Assembly (NCBI GenBank): GCA_965365445.1
Contig: CBDUBS010000003.1
Location: forward strand, 1 to 60,574
DNA: 60,574 bases
Origin: an uncultured bacterium
GTDB lineage: Bacteria > Bacteroidota > Rhodothermia > Rhodothermales > DASSAV01
Reading direction: 5' to 3'
Position 1 is the stretch's first letter. Each line of letters starts with the position of its first letter. The translations under genes were made by a program, and so were the position numbers. Positions 20,148 to 29,166 of the stretch are shown piece by piece. Under the pieces are notes generated by a model that worked only from the letters and a program-made list of their open reading frames with translations, had not been told where the DNA came from and made no database searches.

Positions 20148-20501
20148 CTACGTACTCTTCGGCGGAGATGGCAACAGTGGTTCGAGTGCTTCCAGCAGCG
20201 CGGGCACCTCGCGTTTGGCCGTGTTCCACACGAGGTCCAGGTTGACAATATCGTAGCCATGGATCAAGTGGTCTCGCATGCCCGTCATCTGCCGCCAGGG
20301 CAGCTCGTGGTATCGTGACTTGAAGGTGTTGGAGAGCCGCTTCGCCGCTTCGCCAAGTACGAGAAACTGGTGCAGCACGGCGGACTGCACGAGGAGGTTC
20401 GTCCGAAAGCCCTCCCCATCGGTTTCGTGAGTGAACTGCACGATGAGCCGCGCGGCGCGGGCAACGTCAAGCAGGTGCGCCTGATCGTCGTGCTTGCTCA
20501 T
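20148..20501 (-). CDS. HepT-like HEPN ribonuclease toxin (DUF86)
   Basis: IGEA-like LGEAAKRL, PWRQMTGMRDHLIHGY (RX4HXY). Confidence 0.9.
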   Translation of the reverse strand: MSKHDDQAHLLDVARAARLIVQFTHETDGEGFRTNLLVQSAVLHQFLVLGEAAKRLSNTFKSRYHELPWRQMTGMRDHLIHGYDIVNLDLVWNTAKREVPALLEALEPLLPSPPKST

Positions 20502-20815
20502 GCTGCCTGGTAGATGGGGCGTGCCGATGTAAGAATCGCGTCGCGCCTGATCCAGTTGGGGCTATCCTGGACGGCCTTCCGCTCGATCAGATCCACCTCG
20601 CGCCCGAAGATCGCCTCCAGTTCGTCCTCCATCGTCACGAGGTCGAAGAGGCTCGTGGGCGCGCCCTCCTGGAACGTGACGAGCACGTCGATATCGCTGC
20701 CCGCTTGAAAGTCGTCGCGCAGCACAGAGCCGAAGAGCGCCATCTCCCGCACGTGCCAGCGACGGCAGAAAGCGTCGAGTTCGTCATCTGGTATTTCGAT
20801 GGCAGGCACTCTCAC
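20498..20815 (-). CDS. Minimal nucleotidyltransferase (MNT) antitoxin
   Basis: LFGSVLRDDFQAGSDIDVLV (GSX10DXD), GREVDL; ATGA overlap with HEPN. Confidence 0.9.
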   Translation of the reverse strand: MRVPAIEIPDDELDAFCRRWHVREMALFGSVLRDDFQAGSDIDVLVTFQEGAPTSLFDLVTMEDELEAIFGREVDLIERKAVQDSPNWIRRDAILTSARPIYQAA

Positions 20816-21212
20816 TGCGGTTCGAGAAGGTGAAAGAGGACTGGCTCGGAGTTACCGCCGCTCAGCGTGTTTTCACCAATTGGATACTCCGCACAATCGG
20901 GGAGGTTCAGGGGACGCACGGCAACCTGTAATCAGCTCCGTTGCAGCAGTCCTATATTGACTTGCTGATTACAGAATCAGCCCTGAAGCCATTCGGCGCT
21001 TCGCCGTCAATACTTACAGGTTACCTATACATCGTACTGATGTTCGCTGTTAAGGTATCGACAGATATCTCGACCCTCGGCTATACTTGTATAGTGTTTC
21101 TTTCACCCCATTCGCCTTTAGTAAGCAGCAAATCTCGCTGCTCCGTTTCGAACAACACGTCCGAATATGACCGGCAGGCAATTATTTTCAAGGGATACGG
21201 GGCGTTCCGGGG

Positions 21213-21287
21213 TGGGCGGTGAGGGATTCGAACCCCCGACCTCCTGCTTGTAAGGCAGGCGCTCTAAACCGGCTGAGCTAACCGCCC
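21213..21287 (-). tRNA. tRNA-Val(TAC), CCA not encoded
   Basis: GGGCGGTTAGCTCAG...CCTGC-CTTACAA-GCAGG...GGTTCGAATCC...ACCGCCCA. Confidence 0.96.
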
Positions 21288-21331
21288 TCGGCTCGTTCCA
21301 GAGAAGTACGGCCGGGAACGATACGCGCGAC

Positions 21332-21361
21332 AAAAAAAGAGATCCGCCGGGTGGGGACCTC
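21332..21361 (-). terminator. Terminator-like hairpin after tRNA-Gly
   Basis: GAGGTCC...GGATCTC followed by T7. Confidence 0.55.
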
Positions 21362-21362
21362 G

Positions 21363-21438
21363 TGGAGCGGGAAACGGGATTCGAACCCGCGACCCTCAGC
21401 TTGGGAAGCTGATGCTCTACCAACTGAGCTATTCCCGC
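21363..21438 (-). tRNA. tRNA-Gly(CCC)
   Basis: GCGGGAATAGCTCAG...TCAGC-TTCCCAA-GCTGA...GGTTCGAATCC...CCCGCTCCA. Confidence 0.97.
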
Positions 21439-21448
21439 ATGTGACGAT

Positions 21449-21477
21449 ATTCTACACCCATTTTCAGTGAATGTCAA
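21449..21477 (-). promoter_or_regulatory. tRNA promoter
   Basis: TTGACA-17bp-TAGAAT ending 10 bp upstream of tRNA-Gly. Confidence 0.75.
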
Positions 21478-21615
21478 GCACCCGGCTGGAAGTGTTTGTG
21501 CGAATTCGTATCTTATCAGCCTTTTGACGCCGCTCGAAGGGCCCGGCTAGAACACGCGGCCGATCCCGGCGTTAGACCGTTTTCTTTTGTCGAAGATCAG
21601 ACCGGAGCAGATAGC

Positions 21616-21771
21616 ATGAAACGCACTTATCAGCCAAGCCGCAGGAAGCGGGCGAACACGCACGGGTTTCGCGCCCGGATGGCAACCAAGAACGGACGCC
21701 GGGTGCTTGCCCGTCGCCGCGCCAAAGGGCGGAAGAACCTGACCGTTTCCGATACGCGCAGCGGTAAATAA
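21616..21771 (+). CDS. rpmH: 50S ribosomal protein L34
   Basis: [22 protein letters not shown]. Confidence 0.97.
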   Translation: MKRTYQPSRRKRANTHGFRARMATKNGRRVLARRRAKGRKNLTVSDTRSGK

Positions 21772-21776
21772 GTTCC

Positions 21777-22262
21777 TTGCAAGGACTTGAGCCGCCCGGC
21801 GAGGAAACCCCTCGGAAAAGGGTGTTTCCGCGTGCAAGCCGGTTGAAACAGCGTCGGTTCATCCGGGCGCTGTTCGACCGGAACAGGAAGGATGTTCATT
21901 CCGTAGCGGCCGGAAGTGTCCGGTTGGTCATTCGCAGCGTGCCGCGGAAGGATTGCGCAGCCGGGGCGCCGGTGCAGGTGGGCTTCGCCCCCGGCCGCGG
22001 CGTCAGGAAAGCCGTCGCGCGCAACCGCATAAAACGAGTATTACGTGAGGTCTACCGGGTACATCAGCACCTCCTGGTAGACCTTTTTCGTGACAGCGAC
22101 CGGACGCTGACGGTAATGGTGCTTTTCCGGGGAACCCCGGAAACACTCGGACGCGCCCGGGAGGACCTACCCAGAGCTTTGCAACAGGTGGCATCCCGTT
22201 TTCGTACCGCACCGGGCCGGAGCGCGCAGGCCGGCGAGGAGCCGTCCGGAGGTTCCGTATAA
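21777..22262 (+). CDS. rnpA: Ribonuclease P protein component
   Basis: KAVARNRIKRVLRE RNR motif; follows rpmH. Confidence 0.92.
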   Translation: MQGLEPPGEETPRKRVFPRASRLKQRRFIRALFDRNRKDVHSVAAGSVRLVIRSVPRKDCAAGAPVQVGFAPGRGVRKAVARNRIKRVLREVYRVHQHLLVDLFRDSDRTLTVMVLFRGTPETLGRAREDLPRALQQVASRFRTAPGRSAQAGEEPSGGSV

Positions 22263-22300
22263 TCAGGCTTCGATCAGCAGCTTTTTTCTGGAGAACGACC

Positions 22301-24091
22301 GTGGACCGTAACGTCGTTATTGCAACCGTTTTGATCAGCCTCATCCTGGTGGTGTGGTTTACCTGGCTAACCCCGCCGCCGTCGGCCGTTCCGCCCGCCG
22401 GGGAGGAAGTGGTAGTAGATACGGCCGCCGTGGACGACCTCGATGCGAGCACCGGGAAGCTGCGTGACGAAATCCCGGCCCTGCCCCTCGACTCTACGAT
22501 GACGGCGGACGCACCCCGGAGGGAGATTACGGTCGTCTCCGACCTGTTCGCGGCCACATTCTCCACGCAGGGCGGCACGCTTACCTCGTTCGAGTTGAGC
22601 GAGTATACCAAGTTCGACCAGAAAACCCCCGTACAACTCGTCTCGAAGAACCAGGTCGGGGCGCTCGGTCTGGTTTTTACGACCCCCTCGAACCACGTCA
22701 TCGATACCCGGGCCCTGCGGTTCGAGCCGAGCGTCGATCGGGATACGCTGCACGTAGAAGGAGCGCCGGCCGAGCTTTCGTTCACGACCCGTATCGGAGG
22801 GGGGGTTATCCGATATACGTATACCTTCCAGCCCGAAAGCTACGAGATCGATTTGCAGGTGGCGAAACAGGGCGCCGGGCAATTCGAGACACGGGAAGGG
22901 TACGAGATGGTATGGTACGGCGGCATCCCGTTTACCGAGGATAACCTCGAAGACGAGGCGCGGCACGCCGGGGCGTATGCCCGCAGCGGCGGCGAGGTGG
23001 AGTACATTGACCTCATCGGAGAGGAGACGGATAGCCGGCAGCTCTCCGGAGAAGTGACCTGGGTGTCCGTAAAAAACAAGTATTTCACTTCGGTCATCAT
23101 GCCGCAGGGGCAGACGCGCGGGGCCGAACTGGAAGGAGAAACGAGCGGCAACGTAGAGGGTGGGACGCTCTGGAAGGACTTCGCCGCCCGGGTGGTCATG
23201 CCGCCGGCCGAAGCCCGCGTGGATTCCTTCACGCTGTACATCGGGCCGCTTGAGTTTTACCGGATCACGGATTATAACGTCGGCCTGTACGACATGGTGG
23301 ATTACGGGTACGACTTCTTCGAGTGGATCACCCGCCCGCTGGCGAAATTCGTGTTCATCCCGACGTTTACGTTCCTCGGGAATCTGCTGAAAAACTACGG
23401 CCTGGTAATCATCGTTTTCTCGATTCTCATCAAACTGCTGTTGTGGCCGCTGACGAAAAGCTCGTATGCCAGCATGGCCCGGATGCGGGAGCTTCAGCCG
23501 AAGATGGAAGCCATCAAGGAAAAGTACCCCGATAATCCGCAGAAGCAGCAGGAAGCGATGATGAAGATGTACAAGGAAACGGGGGTCAACCCGCTCGGCG
23601 GGTGCCTTCCGATGCTGCTTCAGTGGCCGGTGCTCATCGCCCTGTATCAGTTCTTTCCCCAATCGCTGGAGCTTCGGCAGGCCAGTTTTCTGTGGGCGGA
23701 AGACCTCTCCGCGCCCGATGTCATCCTGAATCTTCCGTTTACGATCCCTTTCTACGGGGATTTCGTGGCGGGCTTTACGGTGCTCATGGGCCTCTCGATG
23801 ATCATTCAGATGAAGCTGCAGGCGCAGCCGACCAATAACGCGCAGGCCAAGGTGCTGACGTATGTGTTTCCGGTGATGATCTTTATGATATTCAACCGGT
23901 TGTCCTCAGGGCTCAGCCTCTATTACCTGGTGTTCAATATCCTGTCTGCCGTGCAGCAGAAGATGATCAACCGGTCGTTTGAGAACAAAGAGGCGGGCGC
24001 GAACGGTAAGGCGGTCGGGAAACACCCGGGGAAGGCGGCAACGGGGGGTAAAGGGAAAACGGCGCCGGTCGGCAAGAAGCAAAACACGTGA
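22301..24091 (+). CDS. yidC: Membrane protein insertase YidC
   Basis: NPLGGCLPMLLQ, FLWAEDLS, SGLSLYY motifs. Confidence 0.96.
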   Translation: MDRNVVIATVLISLILVVWFTWLTPPPSAVPPAGEEVVVDTAAVDDLDASTGKLRDEIPALPLDSTMTADAPRREITVVSDLFAATFSTQGGTLTSFELSEYTKFDQKTPVQLVSKNQVGALGLVFTTPSNHVIDTRALRFEPSVDRDTLHVEGAPAELSFTTRIGGGVIRYTYTFQPESYEIDLQVAKQGAGQFETREGYEMVWYGGIPFTEDNLEDEARHAGAYARSGGEVEYIDLIGEETDSRQLSGEVTWVSVKNKYFTSVIMPQGQTRGAELEGETSGNVEGGTLWKDFAARVVMPPAEARVDSFTLYIGPLEFYRITDYNVGLYDMVDYGYDFFEWITRPLAKFVFIPTFTFLGNLLKNYGLVIIVFSILIKLLLWPLTKSSYASMARMRELQPKMEAIKEKYPDNPQKQQEAMMKMYKETGVNPLGGCLPMLLQWPVLIALYQFFPQSLELRQASFLWAEDLSAPDVILNLPFTIPFYGDFVAGFTVLMGLSMIIQMKLQAQPTNNAQAKVLTYVFPVMIFMIFNRLSSGLSLYYLVFNILSAVQQKMINRSFENKEAGANGKAVGKHPGKAATGGKGKTAPVGKKQNT

Positions 24092-24117
24092 GGCCGCAGC
24101 ATCGGGCAGCGTACGGA

Positions 24118-25488
24118 ATGGGGGATACGGTAGCCGCGATTGCTACGGCGCGCGGAGTGGCCGCGCTGTCCGTCGTGCGGCTGACCGGACCGGAGGCGAT
24201 TCCCATTGCGGCGAGCCGGTTTGCAGGAAAGGATCTGGGGGCGGCGGCGGGCCATACGGCGCACTTCGGAAGGGTGTTTTCCGCCGCCGGAGAGGAGATC
24301 GACCAGATCGTGGCTGTCGTGTACCGGGCCCCGAATTCAGCTACCGGGGAGGACGTCGTGGAGATGACCTGTCACGGGGGCGATTTTGCGGCACAGCTCG
24401 TGCTGGAGACGTTGCTGGACGGCGGCGCCCGGCTTGCCGAGCCTGGAGAGTTCACCCGGAGAGCGTTCGTCAACGGGAAACTAGATCTCGCGCAGGCGGA
24501 AGCGGTTGCCGAACTCATCCACGCCACGTCTACTCTGGCGCATCGCGTCTCGTTGTCGCATCTGGAAGGCCGCTACTCCGAGCGGCTGCGGAGTATCCGC
24601 GAAGAATTGCTTGGCCTGGTGGCATTGCTGGAGCTGGAACTCGACTTCTCGGAAGAAGATGTCGAGTTTGCGGATCGGGATCGGCTGGGCATATCGATTG
24701 GACGAGCGGAGGAGTTGCTGGAGGAGCTCATCGGGTCGTACCGGATCGGCCAGTTGCTCCGCGACGGCATCCGGGTGGTTATTGCAGGCCGGCCGAATGC
24801 GGGAAAGTCTACCCTGCTGAATGCCCTGCTGGGCAGGGACCGGGCCATCGTAAGCCCGACACCCGGAACGACCCGGGATGAAATCGAAGGGGAAGCGGAA
24901 ATAGGCGGAGTGCGGTATCGGTTCGTGGATACGGCCGGGTTGCGCGAAACCCTGGACGCCATCGAAGCCGAAGGGGTCAGACGGGCGCAACGCTCGATCG
25001 AGGGGTCGGATGTTTTGCTGTATGTGTACGACGTATCCCTCGGCCTGGAAACGGAGGAACGGGTGTTTCTCGAACGAATGGACCGCTCGCATCCGGAAGT
25101 TTCCGTGCTGCTCGTCGCCAATAAGGTCGATCTGGTTGGTAAAATGGACCGCGTGGAGGAGGGGTGGATAGGGCTATCGGCTACACGGGCCCGGCGCGAT
25201 GCGGCGGAACTGCACCCTCTGCTCGACCGGCTCGCCGAAACAGCCCGGGCCGGATGGAGTCTAAGCGACACCTCGGCCGTGGTAATGAATCTCCGACACC
25301 GGCGACATATCGGGAAAGCGCTCGAAGCCGTACGGGCGGCAGGGGCCGGGTTGGAGCATTCGATTCCGGCGGAGTTGCTTGCTTCGGATTTGCGTCTGGC
25401 TCTCGACGAGATCGGTTCGATAACGGGGGAGGTGACGACGGAGGATGTGCTGGGCGAAATATTTTCCCGTTTTTGCATTGGAAAGTAG
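24118..25488 (+). CDS. mnmE: tRNA modification GTPase MnmE
   Basis: DTVAAIAT, GRPNAGKS, GTTRD, DTAG, NKVD, C-terminal FCIGK. Confidence 0.97.
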   Translation: MGDTVAAIATARGVAALSVVRLTGPEAIPIAASRFAGKDLGAAAGHTAHFGRVFSAAGEEIDQIVAVVYRAPNSATGEDVVEMTCHGGDFAAQLVLETLLDGGARLAEPGEFTRRAFVNGKLDLAQAEAVAELIHATSTLAHRVSLSHLEGRYSERLRSIREELLGLVALLELELDFSEEDVEFADRDRLGISIGRAEELLEELIGSYRIGQLLRDGIRVVIAGRPNAGKSTLLNALLGRDRAIVSPTPGTTRDEIEGEAEIGGVRYRFVDTAGLRETLDAIEAEGVRRAQRSIEGSDVLLYVYDVSLGLETEERVFLERMDRSHPEVSVLLVANKVDLVGKMDRVEEGWIGLSATRARRDAAELHPLLDRLAETARAGWSLSDTSAVVMNLRHRRHIGKALEAVRAAGAGLEHSIPAELLASDLRLALDEIGSITGEVTTEDVLGEIFSRFCIGK

Positions 25489-25542
25489 GACGTTGCATCG
25501 AACGCCCCTTGCCCTGCCGGGGCAACTTCAGCGAGGGATGGT

Positions 25543-27447
25543 ATGCGTGGGCCGGTGGATTATGATGTGATCGTGGTAGGTGGAGGGCACGCGGGTGCGG
25601 AAGCCGCTGCCGCTGCCGCCCGCATGGGGCGCCGTACGCTGCTCATCACGATGAACCTGCCGGCTATCGGGCAGATGTCGTGCAACCCGGCGATCGGTGG
25701 TATCGGAAAGGCTCAGCTCGTTCGGGAGATCGACGCCCTCGGAGGCATCATGGGGGTGGCTGCCGATCGGTCTGCCATCCAGTACCGTGTGCTCAACCAG
25801 CGCAAAGGGCCGGCCGTATGGAGCTCGCGGGCGCAGTGCGACCGGATGGCGTATGCTGCGGCCTTGCGGGAAGAACTCGAATCGATCCCGAACCTGTTCA
25901 TGCGGGCGGACATGGCAACGGAGGTGATGGTTGAAGGGGGGAACGTGCGTGGGGTGCAAACGCAGCTTGGCGGGCGATTCGAGGCTGGTGCAGTCGTTCT
26001 GACGAGCGGGACGTTCATGAACGGGTTGATCTATGTCGGGGAGCGGCGCCTGGGGGGCGGACGCATGGGCGAACGGGCCTCGACGGGGCTGACGGCTTCG
26101 CTGGAGAGCCTGGGGTTTGAAAGCAGCCGACTGAAAACAGGCACTCCGCCCCGTATAGACGGCCGGACCATAGCATACGCCCAACTGGAAGAACAGCCCG
26201 GCGACCCGGCTGCGACGCCCTTTTCCTTCCTTACCGATGCGATCTGCCGGGATCAGCTGAGTTGCTGGCTGACGTATACCGATCCGGAAGTTCACGCCGT
26301 TCTGGAAACGGGCTTCGACCGCAGCCCGATGTTTGCGGGTCGCATTCAGGGCCGCGGGCCCCGGTATTGTCCGTCTATCGAGGACAAGATCCACCGGTTT
26401 GCCGACAAGGATCGGCATCAGTTGTTCCTCGAACCGGAGGGCCGGAACACGTTTGAGGTGTACGTCAACGGCTTCTCGACCAGTTTGCCGGAGGAGGTGC
26501 AGCTCGCGGCCCTGCGGCGCGTTCCGGGGTTGGAAAAGGTGCATATGCTCCGGCCCGGTTACGCCATCGAGTATGATTACTTCCCCCCCCATCAGATCAG
26601 GTACACCCTGGAAACGAAACGGGTGAAGGGGCTGTATTTCGCAGGGCAGATAAACGGAACGACGGGGTACGAAGAAGCGGCCGCGCAGGGGCTGATGGCG
26701 GGCATCAATGCGGCCCGGCAGCTCGGGGGGCAGGAGGGGATCGTGCTTCCCCGCAGCGACGCCTACATAGGCGTGCTGATCGACGATCTGGTCGCCAAGG
26801 GTACGGACGAGCCGTACCGCATGTTTACCTCGCGGGCGGAGCATCGGATTCTGCTGCGGCAGGACAACGCGGACTTTCGCCTTACGGATCTGGGCTATCG
26901 AATCGGGCTGGCCGGCCGGGATCGGTATGAGCGGGTGGAGGCAAAACGCGGAGCGCTCGAGCAGACCCGAGGGGCGCTGGAGCGCATATCGGTTCGGCCC
27001 GAGCAGGTTAACAGGTATCTGGAACAGGCAGGCACGACGCCGCTGGCTCAACCGGAGAAGGTGCTCAAGTTAGCGTTGCGGCCTCAGGTTGCCCTTGGCG
27101 CGTTGCTGGAAGCGGCGGGGCTACGGTCTGAGGTCGAAGACGCCCCGGGAGGAGAAAACGTCGAGACCTTGCTGGAGATCGAATTGAAATATGCCTCCTA
27201 CCTCGAAAGGGAACGAGAGTCCGCCGAAAAGCTGAAACAGATGGAAGCGTGGGCCATCCCGGAAGATTTCGACTACGGTTCGGTCCGAAACATTACCCTG
27301 GAAGCCCGCGAAAAGCTCGGCAAGATTCGCCCGGATAATCTGGGGCAGGCCTCCCGGATAAGCGGGGTTAGTCCGGCCGATGTATCGGTATTGATGGTGA
27401 TGTTGAAACGCTATGGATCGAGGGCAGTCACGGAAGTCGAGGGATGA
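25543..27447 (+). CDS. mnmG: tRNA uridine 5-carboxymethylaminomethyl enzyme MnmG/GidA
   Basis: [34 protein letters not shown]. Confidence 0.97.
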   Translation: MRGPVDYDVIVVGGGHAGAEAAAAAARMGRRTLLITMNLPAIGQMSCNPAIGGIGKAQLVREIDALGGIMGVAADRSAIQYRVLNQRKGPAVWSSRAQCDRMAYAAALREELESIPNLFMRADMATEVMVEGGNVRGVQTQLGGRFEAGAVVLTSGTFMNGLIYVGERRLGGGRMGERASTGLTASLESLGFESSRLKTGTPPRIDGRTIAYAQLEEQPGDPAATPFSFLTDAICRDQLSCWLTYTDPEVHAVLETGFDRSPMFAGRIQGRGPRYCPSIEDKIHRFADKDRHQLFLEPEGRNTFEVYVNGFSTSLPEEVQLAALRRVPGLEKVHMLRPGYAIEYDYFPPHQIRYTLETKRVKGLYFAGQINGTTGYEEAAAQGLMAGINAARQLGGQEGIVLPRSDAYIGVLIDDLVAKGTDEPYRMFTSRAEHRILLRQDNADFRLTDLGYRIGLAGRDRYERVEAKRGALEQTRGALERISVRPEQVNRYLEQAGTTPLAQPEKVLKLALRPQVALGALLEAAGLRSEVEDAPGGENVETLLEIELKYASYLERERESAEKLKQMEAWAIPEDFDYGSVRNITLEAREKLGKIRPDNLGQASRISGVSPADVSVLMVMLKRYGSRAVTEVEG

Positions 27448-27451
27448 CGGT

Positions 27452-28093
27452 ATGATCGAGCGGCCGACCCCACCCATCCCCTGGCGAGGCGGTGATGCGC
27501 CGGAGCTGGCCCGGTACCGGGACATGCTGCTGAGGATCAACAGGAAGATGAACCTGATCGGCAAGGGAACGGAGGACCGGTTTGACGAAATCCATCTGGC
27601 GCACGTCCTTACCCTGGCGACCCGCCCGTTTCCCGACGGCGCCCGGGTGGTTGATTGGGGAACCGGAGGAGGGTTGCCGGCGGTTCCGCTGGCGATATGC
27701 TTCCCCGCGGTGAGGTTTTTTGCCGTCGATGCAGTCGGGAAAAAAATTCAGGCCGTGCGGTCGATGGCGAATCGGCTCGGGTTGAACAATCTGGAAACGT
27801 GGCACGGCAGAGCGGAAGCCTGGTCGGGTACGGCGGACTATTCCGTGTCCCGGGCGACGGCTCCTCTGGCGACCTTGTGGGGCTGGCATCTACGCGTTCG
27901 GTCCGAGCCGGCGGACGTGGGAGAAGGGTACTGGCCGCCGGGGCTGTTATGCCTGAAAGGAGGGGACCTGACGGAGGAAACCGCTCTGCTGAAAAAAAGC
28001 TACCCGGGTGTGGAGGTGCGGGTAACGGCTCTTCAGGAGGCCGAGCCTCACTCCGACAGGTTTGCAGGGAAGTACCTCATACAGGTAATGTGA
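27452..28093 (+). CDS. rsmG: 16S rRNA m7G527 methyltransferase RsmG/GidB
   Basis: DWGTGGGLP, VSRA, LKGG; follows mnmG. Confidence 0.9.
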   Translation: MIERPTPPIPWRGGDAPELARYRDMLLRINRKMNLIGKGTEDRFDEIHLAHVLTLATRPFPDGARVVDWGTGGGLPAVPLAICFPAVRFFAVDAVGKKIQAVRSMANRLGLNNLETWHGRAEAWSGTADYSVSRATAPLATLWGWHLRVRSEPADVGEGYWPPGLLCLKGGDLTEETALLKKSYPGVEVRVTALQEAEPHSDRFAGKYLIQVM

Positions 28094-28158
28094 TTCGTCC
28101 GAGTACGAGGGCGTCGAAACCGCCGCGCAGAGTTTTCCAATTACGATATCCGGATGCC

Positions 28159-29166
28159 ATGGGTAATAAGGAGCGGGTGCTCAACCGAACGGAACGGCTC
28201 TTTTCTCTGATCCTGCTGCTCCAGAACCGCCCCAACATGACCTCCCGGGATCTGGCGGAGCATTTCGGCGTCAGCAGGCGCACGATATTCCGGGACTTGA
28301 GGGCGCTCAGCGAATCCGGGGTGCCGCTCACCTATGCGGAAGGCGGCGGGTACGAAATACTGGAAGGATACCGGTTGCCTCCGCTCATGCTTTCGGGACG
28401 GGAGGCGGCGACGCTGCTGATCGGGACCGAGTTCATGAAACTTCAGTCCGACGCCTCGCTGCGGAAGGATGCGGATCAGGTGGGGTTGAAAATCAGGTCG
28501 GTGCTGCCGGCGGAAGTAGTCGAATACATCGATCAGCTCCAGAAGCGCACCGTGTTGGATCCCTACTGGTTTCGCACGGTGGAATCGGATTCGGATGAGC
28601 AGGGGATGTGGTTCGAGATCAGCGTGGCCCTGGCCCGTCAGCGTAGTTTGCTGATGGAGTATTACGTAGAAAGCCGGGATGAAATAACCCGACGAACGGT
28701 CGATCCGCTCGGGCTGGTTTATTATACCGATCACTGGAACCTGATCGGCTTCGATCATCTGCGGAAGGATATACGCAACTTCCGGCTGGAGAATATCCGC
28801 AGCTTGCGCACGCTGAACGAGCGGTTTGAACCCCCTGCCGGGTTCGATCTGACGGAACACCTCCGGGAGCGCGGAGCGAGCCTGCACAATTACCGTATAC
28901 GTATCCGGTTCGAGCGGTCCAGTTACACATGGGCGCGGAAAGGAATTCCGGCGCATCTTGAAGAAGAGATCGAAGAGGCGGATGCCGTATCGGCGGTGTT
29001 TTACTTCGAGAACCTGGAATATGTGGCCCGGTGGGTTCTTCGTTTCGGGGCGAGGGCTCGGATTATGGAGCCGCCTGCATTGCAAGCGCTGGTCAGGCAA
29101 ATGGCACAGGATGTCGTCGGCCTTTATGATGATCTCCCCGTAGAGAAGTTACTCGGTGAGCTGTAG
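28159..29166 (+). CDS. YafY-family HTH-WYL transcriptional regulator
   Basis: LAEHFGVSRRTIFRDL HTH; RTVDPLGL...WNL...RNFRLENI WYL domain; WCX-like C-terminus. Confidence 0.93.
   Translation: MGNKERVLNRTERLFSLILLLQNRPNMTSRDLAEHFGVSRRTIFRDLRALSESGVPLTYAEGGGYEILEGYRLPPLMLSGREAATLLIGTEFMKLQSDASLRKDADQVGLKIRSVLPAEVVEYIDQLQKRTVLDPYWFRTVESDSDEQGMWFEISVALARQRSLLMEYYVESRDEITRRTVDPLGLVYYTDHWNLIGFDHLRKDIRNFRLENIRSLRTLNERFEPPAGFDLTEHLRERGASLHNYRIRIRFERSSYTWARKGIPAHLEEEIEEADAVSAVFYFENLEYVARWVLRFGARARIMEPPALQALVRQMAQDVVGLYDDLPVEKLLGEL

Larger units (their letters stand above)
18392..21260. mobile_element. Degenerate genomic islet integrated at tRNA-Val, carrying two TA modules; no integrase
   Basis: Bounded by intact tRNA-Val and its duplicated 3' part; visibly lower GC; TA cargo. 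Confidence 0.75.

Noticed and set aside
19705-20256. 183-aa ORF spanning repeat copy 2
   Set aside because: Out-of-frame read through the duplicated proA end, terminator and tRNA fragment.
21118-21477. 119-aa ORF
   Set aside because: Overlaps both tRNA genes.
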